DNA of 64,000 nt from Callorhinchus milii (taxonomy: Eukaryota), in assembly GCF_018977255.1 (NCBI RefSeq), contig NW_024704742.1:69690001-69754000 (forward strand), given 5' to 3'. Shown piece after piece: positions 10,287 to 21,080 of the stretch. Under the pieces are notes generated by a model. It had not been told where the DNA came from, searched no databases, and saw nothing but the letters and a program-made list of their open reading frames with translations. Position numbers and translations under genes: made by a program. Position 1 is the stretch's first letter. Each line of letters opens with the position of its first letter.

Positions 10287-12638
10287 CACAATTGTTTTTT
10301 GTATTTTTTTAAGATTCATTTATTTACTTGAATGTCATAAGTGGGTAGAAGGCTTTGAGACGCAGCAGCAGAGGATTGAGAAACCGATTCCTCTCCCAAA
10401 GGTGGTGTTTCCTGTATTTTCACCACCAGACTAAGATGTGGGTTTCCACTCCCCCCTCCCCCTCCGACCACACCCCAACCCCCAATTTGTGGCTTTAAAA
10501 ACCAAGCTTAAAAGCCGAGGACAAACCGAGCACACACATTTTGCTCAACAGTGTGACAATTCCACAGAACTGCAGTGATGCAAATACCACATACATACAA
10601 TCAATGAATGCTCACAGCGTGTGGTGTGGCTTTAAAGGCGAAAATACAAGAAACACCACCTTTGGGAGAGGAATCCCTTTCTCAATCCTCTGGTACTGAG
10701 CCTCGATGCCTTCAGCCACTTGTGACATTCAAGTAAAGTGACCCAGGCCTCTGTAGTGTCAGTTGCAGGAATAGATGGTGCGTTTTGGACGGGGTAAGTA
10801 CAATTCTCCTCACACCCTTTTAACACAATTAGACCAAGGTGCAGCACTCTCACAGGAGCTAAAGAGTCTGCATTTCTACACGTCACCAAACGGGACGAGA
10901 AAGGCTGAGTTTTCTAAACTCCATCGGAGGGAAATCAATCATGTGAAATTGGTTAGTTCTAGACAGTGCAAGGTGCAGCTTGGTTAAACCGGGTGTCTGA
11001 CACATGTGAAAACTCATCACCGTGCTTAAGAGTATCCAAACCGAGATTTCCATGCATCCCAGACACATGGAAACCCTGAAAGATAGATTGTTAGAATGGT
11101 CTGCACATTCTTTCCCAAGAGGGAAACATCTTGCTTACATAATTCCGGCAAGTATTAGGCGCAGGTTGCCAAGAGCCAAGGCTTGGGGACCCCAGAGTGT
11201 GCTTTAGGTAACTCCTGGAGTCTAACCAGTGGAGGGGAAGAGGGAGCTTAGTGTGACTTGGGAGTGTGGGCTACGTTTGCAGTGCTTCGAGTCCAACGAG
11301 GAAAGATAAATTCTGGTGGAATTAAAACCTCTGATTTTACAATCGGGAATTCAATGAAGAGCAACACTGGGAAGAACAAGTCTGTTGGTTTTCTTAGCAA
11401 AATAGCAGCTTTGATATGAATAATGTTTCAGCTCTTGGATTTTTTTCCTACCTGTCCCAAACGTGCGCACACTAACACACACACACAGACAAAACCCAAC
11501 CACCCACCCATGAAAGATCTCATCGAATCTTTTTCAGCCTATAATAAAAGTGAAAGTTGGAGCGTTATAGTCACTTCAGATAGGAGACCTAAGCTTGTAT
11601 AGTGTGGCCAAGATATTTTGTGCTAATTTACATTCCTAGTACGCAAAATCTTTCAAGATTAATGTAACTAAAAGTTCTCGAAATTTAACATGGTCTTTGC
11701 CTGAAGTCCCCCCATCATTTTTTCTCTGAATTAATCGTGTTTTGCCATTCTCCCTAAATAAACCGAACCCCCATAGCTGCTCATTGGGAAATGGGACGTG
11801 AGTGGAGAGGGAGGGGGTGATCGAAGAGGGGAAGGCGGGGGCGGTGAAGGGAAATGAAATCATTACTTAGCAAATTATTATATTGGTTACAGCTTGCTGT
11901 TCTCACACTACTGTGGCGAAGGATTAGTATGTTTCACTGTTTCTTAGTAAATTTTAATCATATCACCCATCATTCCACCCGTCCCCCCCAAACCCCGTCA
12001 GAATAAAATGAGGTATGTTAAGTGTAGATGCTCATTGTAAGCATCCTTGAACTAAGATGAAACAGATCAACAGATCTCACTCCACCCCTCTCTCACTCTT
12101 TGCCCCCAACCCCCCCCAACCCCCAAGAAAGTTGCAATTCACTGCAGTTAAACAGTGTACTATCAATCACCAGCTTCATATTAAACTCCCCGCTTCACCC
12201 TCCCTCCCACGAGCACCTGGGAGCAAAAACAGGGAAGAAAATGAAAGATTTTTGTTTGTTATAAAAAGCACATATTGCTTCAGATCACAGTGTGTGACCA
12301 CAAAGGAGCGAGCAATCTCCCACTGTGATTCAAGGGAGGAAGGGGTGGTGTTGGGAAGCGGTGGGGGGTGTTGGAAAGGGAAGGGGTTGGAGGGGAGGGG
12401 TGCGGGGGAAAGAGACGTGGCTGACGTCAGGCGACACCCGAGAGTCCCCTGGCTCCTGACGAGGCGACGGCATCTCTTGAGCTAGTGGACACATGCAGAC
12501 ATGAGGTCGGGGGTTTATCACATCTCTTCCCGTCGTCTCCCCCACCCTCCCTCCCCTCTCCCAGGGCCGGGAAGTGGACCGGGCGGTGAGCAGAGTGCCT
12601 GAATCCCGCAGGTTGGCAGCAATGGAGGCCTGCGGAGG

Positions 12639-12763
12639 TCAAATGCAGGTGCCGGGCTGTGCTGGGGGGACGTGCTTCCGACTCCGTCCCACTCCCGATT
12701 TTTCTTTGTGATCCATGGACTTCTGCTGCGAGATGTCAACCAGCGCGCTGGCCACAGAGAGAC
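12639..12763 (-). CDS. ATRN: Attractin terminal coding exon (coding part, with TGA stop)
   Basis: Acceptor ggtttcctgcag. Completes the split Gly codon, then reads LSVASALVDISQQKSMDHKEKSGVGRSRKHVPPAQPGTCI*, with TGA at 12641-12639. The PPAQPGTCI end is characteristic of ATRN. Confidence 0.97.
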
Positions 12764-13470
12764 CTGCAGGAAACCAACAGGTCAGCACAACAGCCCAACT
12801 GGAGTCAATAGAGATGGACCAGTTACACTCACAGGTAAGTCATTAGGAACATTGTCTCTCCCACTCCCCAGTGAAACCAGGCCCTCTCCCCACACCGGCC
12901 CACCCACCAAAACCCAGCTGGCCCACCCAGACCCTCAACCCCTCTCCTCCTTGGTTCAGAGGGACCCCTGAACGACAGTGGCCGCGCTTTCAACCACTAC
13001 GCCCTGAAACTCTGGAACTCTCTTCCTCCCTCAATACCTGCACCTCGCCCCCTTCTACCCCATCTTCACGCCTGAAGACCATCCTTTTGGATTGTGCTTA
13101 TAGTCACCTCCCCCTCTCCCTGGCTCGGCATTGTGCTCTGCCACTGTCAAGCGCTCCGGGACTCTACCCTGTGTGAGGGGTACTATTTAAATGCAGCTCT
13201 TCAGGGTAGCATTGTTGTTGACAGCATCTCAAACAATGCATCACTGGGCTGGAGCACCACCACCGTCACTAATAACAGCTTATTTATGCAGCACCTTTCA
13301 TGTAGGCACCTAGACCATAGGCCTAGACTGTGAGCTCAATGACCCGTGTGAGTCCACAAACCTTCCAACTCAGAGGCAAGAGCACCGGTGACTGAGCCTA
13401 GCTGCCACCTTAGCGTATAACACAACAACAAATTACATTTGTAAACGGACAAATTTCAGTAAGAACAAAC

Positions 13471-13585
13471 CTGACTGGCCCGGTGGTGGGATGCCTCCCA
13501 GTCCTCTCGGCAAGCGGACAAATATGGACAGCACTGCTGCTTTATTACCAAAACACGGCTCCAACGCGATGGGTTTGGGAATGCT
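13471..13585 (-). CDS. ATRN: Attractin penultimate coding exon
   Basis: 115-bp exon translating SIPKPIALEPCFGNKAAVLSIFVRLPRGLGGIPPPGQS(G). Acceptor ccttcttttgcag, donor TCAG|gtttgt. Phase 0 to phase 1. Contained in track ORF 13433..13663. Confidence 0.97.
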
Positions 13586-14593
13586 CTGCAAAAGAAGGCA
13601 CAAATCATTGCTGTTAATTATTATCATTAATAATAACGTGTATTTGATATAGCGCCTTGTCATACAATTAAGACGTCATATTCACAGAATATATTGTAAA
13701 GTGACTTGAATGAATATTTTGTGGGAGAAACGCGACAGCCAAATGCGCAGCACATCAGTGTCCTACAAACAGCCATGGATTGATTGACCAAATTATTATC
13801 ATTTTTCTGAAGAGATTATTACCCATGGAAAGCGATCTGCGATCGACTAATGGGTTTCTACTTACTGCTAGGTAAACAAAGCTGCCGCGTTTCGTCCACA
13901 AAATATAGTCAATAGTGTATATTCTGTGAAGCACTTTGAAAAGTCTCAACGATGTTATAAGGCGCTATATCAAATGCAAGGATTATTATTATGATAATTC
14001 TCTGGATGTGAAAGCCGCTATATAAATGTAAATTGTATTGTAATGATACACTGTATTGTAAAGCAGCTGAAACCAATTGCACAGATAGAGAAGCAGAGTG
14101 GAAATTCATCACCACCCGTTACACAGCGCCTTTCAAATAAACAAACATCAGAAAAGCGATTGACAGGATGAGATTAATTAGAAAGGAAGGAAATACTGTT
14201 GTGGGTTAATCTGCTCCAGCGATGTTCCAAACACAACGATGAGATGAGTAGCCAATTCATTTAAATTAAATTCTTTTATGTATGGTGAGGTCTTACCACG
14301 GAGCAACACAATTTTCATTTGAGAAAAGGTTGGCTTCCTCACCTTGTCTATGCTGAGAATGTATAATCTTGCTCAGCAAAAGGAAGTTGCAGACAGATTG
14401 ATGGAGCTATTAACAATGCTGGAAGGCTTGTTAAGGAGGCTTGCAATGTTCTTATACAAGTCCCAAGCCCGTGCACACAGGGATTTGCAGCTGTTCATTA
14501 ACGCTTTTGCACAGCCGACAGTAATTAAAAAAAACAATAATTCTTCCATTTGTTACATCACCTTTCATGTCAGGAGGACGCACTGTAAATATT

Positions 14594-14953
14594 AACAATA
14601 ATCCTTGCATTTGATACATGTCGTTGAGACGTCTCAAAGCGCTTCACAGAATATATTGTAAAGTGGATTGACTATATATTCAGTGGGTGAAATGCGGCAG
14701 CCAATTACGTACAGCAGCATCTCAAACAGTCGTTGATTGAGTGACTACATTTTGAAGGATTATTACCCCTGGAAAGTGATCTGCCAATCGACCAACAACC
14801 AGGTTCCTACTTACTGATAGGTAAACAGACAGCACCTTACTGATAGATGAGTGGAGTAAGGAAACTTGCCTAAGGTTTTGTCCCATCTGGGAATCAAACC
14901 CGGGTCCTCTCACTTGTGAGGAGAGCGCGCCAACCCCTTTGCTACCAGACTAC
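14594..14953 (-). mobile_element. SINE family A, near full length
   Basis: Same head, body and tail as 56964-57312. Confidence 0.88.
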
Positions 14954-17900
14954 ATAGAACCATATCATGCCATTAAGACGTCTCAGAGTGCTTCACAGAT
15001 ACACTGTAAAGTCTGTGTGTCTGTGTGTTTTGTGGGTGAAACACAGCTGCCAGTTTGCACACAGCAGTGTCCCACAAGAACCATGAAGTGAGTGACCAAT
15101 TTTATTTGGGGAGTCTGTTGGCCAGGACACCGCAAGAGAGAAACTCCATTCTCTGTACTGTAATGTAGTGACTGTATTACTTGTAGGCGAATGCGGCAGC
15201 CAAATTGCGCACAGCCAACTGGAGAATAGTAGCAGCTCCAACCCATTTGACTCACTCACTCTCCTACTGTCAATTGAGGACATGATGACCATCACCTAAT
15301 CACCTTATATTACAGATGTTTTAGAACTGGATCCAGCCTATAACCTAGAACTAATGTCAACTCAGCCCATTAACCTGTGGCTTTGGCCAATGTTAGGACA
15401 GACTCCAGGTCTGCACTGTAACTGCTCCCACCAGAGACAAACACTAACAATGTCACCAGCAATGACCTCAAGCTCAGACTGTGATTGTTGGAGAGAGAAA
15501 GTGACTGAAAGCATTGAATAGCAAAGTCAGCACAGGCACTTCAGAGATGTCCTGTCAGACACAACTGGAAATGGAAACAAGGACAAGTCGACCCAGAAAC
15601 CATCTCCAGTTTGGTCTCAGCTAAAACATCGGTGCCTAACGCCACCGGCTCCTGATGCTGCACTTTCACATCACATGGAACTAATGCCAGAGGAGGTAGA
15701 ATTAGAGCAGATCACTGCACTGGTGCGGGGGGGACAACCGGCTTCACCTCCCTCTTGTGCTGATGGTATAAACATACAATCGCGATATACTCCGAGCAAC
15801 GCTCACTATATATCTTGTGGAGTTCTGTAGTGTAGAGGTCAAAGCACTCGCCTCGCAAACGAGAGGAACCGGGTTTGATTCCTGAGCAGAGCGAAACCTT
15901 ACGCAAGTTTCCTTACTCCACACGCTTCTGTTTACCTAGCAGTAAGTAGGAACCCGGCTGTTAGTCGATTGGCAAATTGCTTTACAGTATATTCTGTGAA
16001 GCGCTTTGAGACATATCAAAAATGTTTTTTTTGGGAGGGATTACTACTCTCTTATTCATTAATTAATAATTATTATGGAAGTAAGAGTACAAAATGTTTG
16101 CAAGCTGCAAATGTGCAGATATCCTGCGAGTGCCCCCACCCCTCCCCTTTCTCTCCCTTCACCCAGTTGCACAACCGGCCTATAAGCAATGTCACCTACG
16201 CCAGTCACATCACCAGAAATTGCACCTTCTATCAGTCATCCATCTGCAGGAAGGAACATGATGACATTTTGCCTCAGGGTGCATAAACCTGTCTGATTTG
16301 AGGATGACGTCTAAGACAGCAGAAAACTCCAAAGGCACTCGACTGCATGCTTGGCTGCTCCAGCCAGCTTTTGTGATGGGATAGGACAACCAAGAGTGTC
16401 ACGATCTGAACTGTCGCCTGTCTGGGCACAGCCGTTGCAGCAGTTTTAACTGACCTTAGCCCACGTTGGCTCCCCCCCATCCGGATTTGGTTTTGTACGG
16501 CAGGTGTCCCACTCAGGGAAACCCAGCAATTATGCTCAATAGACTCCGAACTAAACTGCTGAGGATACTGATACAATACAATTTACATTTATACTGTTGA
16601 GGACAGTATCTCAAAGCACTTTGCACAGTTGGCTGGGACCTGATCCACGGGGAGGGGGGGAATATAAAAAACAAAAAGCAGAGTCAAAGTGGACAGAAAC
16701 AAAAACAGAAGTTGCTGGGAACAATCAGTAGGTCAGGCAGCATCTGGACAGAGCTGGGTGTGGGGGAATTAGAGGGATTGTGAGATGGAGTTCCAGAGAG
16801 CAGAGGAGAATGGCTGAAAGACTGACTGTTGGTGGCAGATGTAGAGGGTGGAGGACATGAAGCAGGTTGTTCGCTAGGGAGGAGGGAGGGGCTGCGGATC
16901 AGTAGGGTTGCAGAAGGTCCGAGAGATAGGATGCGGCAAAGCCGCTGGAGGGATTCAAATCCAATATAGAGAGTCCTGTAGCTCAGTGGTTCGAGCACGT
17001 GCCTCACAAGCGAGAGACCTGGGTTCGATTCCCGGCAGGGCGAAACCTTGTGCAAGTTTCCTTACTCCACAAGCCTGATAATAAGCCCTCAAGAAAAAAA
17101 AACAATAATAAATTGTTTTACACAGTGTCTGGGGGATATGTAGATGTGGTGTGTCCGTACAGTGGTGGTATGTTTGTGTGTGTTGTGAATGTGGTATGTG
17201 TGTGTGTTTGTGGGTGAGATTAATTCTAATTATTAAGACATCTGACAAATCTTACTTTAATCATACCGAGTCCAGCATTCCCTCTAGACAAACAATGAAA
17301 TCCAACTGAACAAGAGGATAGCCATGCAGTGTTAAAACAGGAAACTGATAAGGAAATCAACTGGAAAGCTCTGAAATGGTTAACTGAAAGAAAACTACAC
17401 ACCATTGAAAACCATGAACAATGCTTGAGGTTGTATGTTCATGGCTCAAGCGCACTCATGGCTTGGTTGGCTATAAATCTCTTATTTATATTGTATCTGA
17501 ACCCTTTACATGTCCCGCAGCACACAACCACCCCTTTGGAACACAAACTCATTCCGGATGAGATTACTTCCTTTAAACCCTTCCCTGCCTCGAGAGGTTT
17601 ACATTTGTGAGCAGAAATGGTCTCACCATCAGCTGCTGTCTCATTAAGTCATGTCACTGCAACCAGACATTTGTCAAGGTCTCTCTTTTTATCTTCAATT
17701 AAAATATAATGGACATCAATGGAGAGGAATGGAATTTGTGCTCCCCTCACCTCCTACCACTTCCCCACCAACAAGTATATGTAGGATTGGGGTCCAACAG
17801 TATGAACCCATTCTCAGTCGCACCCCCCTCCCCCATTCTCGTGAAACCGCTCGTTCTTGTCTTCAACCCACCATCCCTGGCTGAGCTAGGTCACGACGTA

Positions 17901-20649
17901 CGATCACCTCCCTTCTCTCCCTCTAGTTCGTTGCCAAGCTTCACCACTGTAAACTTCAGAAGAACGTCCCAAGGTGCTGGACAGCTAGGGATCCACCATG
18001 CCACCACTCTGGAACTTTCTCCCTTCCCCTTGTGCCATCCCTCCCCACTTCCAAATCCAATCTCGTTATCTGTGCCTTTGGCCAACTTCCTCACACTCAT
18101 CACCTTCCGACCTTCAGATGAGATGTTAAATCAAGGTCCTGTCTGCCTGTTCAGGTAGATGTTAAGATCTCATGCCACCATTTGAAAAGAGAAGGGAGTT
18201 TCTTCCGGTGTCCTGGACAACAGTTCCCACAAAAATAAAAATTGGCCACTCACTCCATGATTGTTTGTGGGACACTGCTGTGAGCAACTGGCGGCTGCAT
18301 TTCACCCACAAAATACAATCAATTCACTTTACGACATGTGCTGTGAAGCGCTTTGAGACGTCGCAACAACGTGATAAGGCATTACATCAAATGCAAGGAT
18401 TATTATTATTGTTATTTATCATGATTAGCATTATTATTGATTGGTGGGGTAGGTGAACAGGTTGTTTTACACTGCCACCAGTACAGATGTGATGTGGACT
18501 AGCTGGGGAGTCGGACCGTAATCCTTGCATTTGATTTAGCATGTTATCATGTCATAGAGATGTATCAAAGCACTTCATAGAATATATTGTAAAGGGGATT
18601 GATTGTATTTTGTGGGCGAAATGCAGCAGCCAATTGCATATAGCAGTGACCCACAAACAATCGTAGATTCAGTGACCAGATTTTGAGGCATTATTACCCC
18701 TGGAAAGTGATCCACCAATCGACTAACAACCGGGTTCCTACTTATTGATAGGTAAACAGAGGGGTGTGGAGTAAGGAAACACGTTACGTGATGCAGCATA
18801 AATGACAACCGGTATAAGCAGATGGAGTTAATATGGGGCACAGTTCTTCACTTGAACAGGCAGACAGCAACTCACCAATTTCCCGGAGTGTGTGAATAAT
18901 GTACAGATCTAGAAATTGTCACTTTAGCAAAAAGAAAGGCATTCTTAGTCTGTTTAACTCACACAGCGGTGCCATCGGGAACAGCATGGGAAATTTCAGT
19001 GCCTCAGGCGGTTTCCTTTGAAGCCTTGTACCTTTATTGTAATACGACCACTAGCTAGAAAAACAAGGTAGCTAAGATTGCAGGCTGACTATTTTCTCAG
19101 GTCTGGCTTCTCAGACATCTCCCTGCTGTTCATTGTGTCAAGACTCAGAGTGTCAGCCTGTAATGTGGTGACTTTGTACCGAATGTGTGCAAGATTTTCA
19201 AAAGCTCCAGCAATCATCTCGGAGAAGTTGCAACAAGCATCAGCCTTAACAAAAAGACATCAGAAATCCCAGAGAGAGAGTCAAGGTTAGTCTTGATATA
19301 CTCTAAGCAACACGCACGGAAATGTCCCAGAGCGTTTCACACGAGTTGCTTTGACGTGCAAAGGCAGGAGCTAATCAACGGCAGCAATGTCCTCCAAACA
19401 GCAATGAGATGAATGACCGTGAGCATCAATTTTAAAGGAATATTGGACAGGCAGACACTGACAGAATTGTGGCATAGGATCTTCAACATCCACATGACCC
19501 ATTAAACATGGCTGGTTGTCAAAGGAGAAGCATGAGTGCACGCATGCACGCGCGCAAAAAAATAAACAAGTATTAGATCATTTTATCAATTTCATGTAAT
19601 TTCTCAAGAACGATCAAGCATGAAACATGGAACACGATGCTTACAGATGCATTCTCTAATTACAGATTCGTAGCATGTGTTTTTTTTTAAAATGTGCTGT
19701 GAAATTTTTAATATGTCCCTGAGCCATTTTTAACATGAGCCTGAGGAAAGGTAAACCTTAAAGACAGGATCTTGATTTTAATAATAGTAAAAATGATAAT
19801 CCTTAGTAACGATCTTTATAATAATCAGTGCGTTTGATATCGCACCTTATCATATCATTGAGACGTCTCAAAGCACTGTAAAATGGATTGACTGCATTTT
19901 GTGGGCAAAAAGCAGCAGCCAGTTGCAAGCAGCAGTGTCCCACAAACAACCATGAAGTGAGTGACCAATTTTATTTGGGGGATTGTTGGGCAGGACATTT
20001 TAATATCCCAACTCAAAATGATGGCGCTAAGACAAAAGCAGCACAGATTAGTTTTACCCTATTGATGATGTGTATTTGCAATAGTAATTGTAGCTTGTGT
20101 CCTGAAGTGGGGCTTGAACACGCAGCCTTCTGACTCAGATGCAACAGAGCTACCGACAGAGCCAGGCTGACACAGTTCATCTAATATAGTTAATAATAAT
20201 CGTTGCATTGGATACAGTGCCTAAACACACCTCAAAACCTTCACTGAGTATACTGGAAAGTGGGGTGACTTTATTTTGTGGGAGAATGAGGAGGCCAATT
20301 TCTCACAAACAGCTGAGAAGTTACCTGCATAGTTTTACAAGGAAAGGTGAGAGCTGAAGTTTTAACTCTCCTGGTTGCGGACGGACTGGCGTGCTGGGAA
20401 TGAAGGAATTCAGAGGGAAGAACGCTTACACAGAGTTGTTAGGATGCAAAACACGTTCAGCTACTATATCCGAATCAATTGCAACATTACAAAGGGAATT
20501 GGATAAACATTTGACGGATGAAGACATAAAAGGAGATGGAGAAACAGTGGATAGCTCCAATGGGGGAAGCCAGCACAGCCCAGGGACAACAGGCTGAATT
20601 GTTTCCTTCTGTGCTGCAATTTCTCATTCTCTGAAAGGCATTATTGTTA

Positions 20650-21080
20650 TAATAATAATTTTTGCATTTTGATATATTGCCTTATCACATCATCAAAACA
20701 CCACCTCAAAGGGCTTCATACAATTTCAAGTGCAGCAAGTCATGATTTTAAAGTGTAGCGTATTTCGTAGGCAAATGTGGCTGGCAATTTGCACCCAGCA
20801 ATGTTCCACAAACAGCCATGAAGTGAATGACTAAGTTTATTTCAGGGATTTGTTGATCAGAACACCGAGAGAAACTCCTTTCTCTTCTTAGATGTAGCCA
20901 TGGGATCATTAATGTCCACCTGAACAGGCAGACAGGTCTTCAGTTTAACGTCTCATCTGAAAGATGGCACCTCTGACATTGCAGCCCCCTGGAGAGTCAG
21001 TCTAGACAATAACTTGAAGGGCTAGAACCAACAACCCTTTGACTCAGGTGAGAGAACTACTGACTTAGTCAGGCTGACAG
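20650..21080 (-). mobile_element. SINE family B (Deu-domain), near full length
   Basis: Minus strand contains gatgagacgttaaactgaagacctgtctgcctgttcaggtggacattaatgatcccatggc. Further copies at about 4790-5112, 5115-5441, 18100-18415, 19835-20175, 23005-23280, 27631-27846, 29590-29930, 33060-33295, 44650-44870, 55507-55670 and 61178-61510. Confidence 0.82.

Larger units (their letters stand above)
7450..12638 (-). other. ATRN: Putative long ATRN 3' UTR (distal end uncertain)
   Basis: Follows the stop codon and is largely depleted of young SINE/LINE copies from about 9300 to 12638. The block 7450-7790 is U-rich and UGUA-rich on the minus strand. AATAAA on the minus strand at 10281-10286, 10319-10324, 7471-7476, 7427-7432 and 7235-7240. 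Confidence 0.55.

Noticed and set aside
12330..12410. RNA G-quadruplex in the 3' UTR
   Set aside because: The G-runs are on the plus strand, so the ATRN mRNA is C-rich here.
16274..16576. 100-aa ORF in unique intronic sequence as an alternative ATRN exon
   Set aside because: No recognisable homology, weak splice sites, and the flanking exons already join in frame to give the canonical protein.
16972..17045. tRNA gene (A box TAGCTCAGTGG, B box GGTTCGATTCC)
   Set aside because: It continues directly into the SINE family A body and lacks a proper acceptor stem; it is a SINE head.
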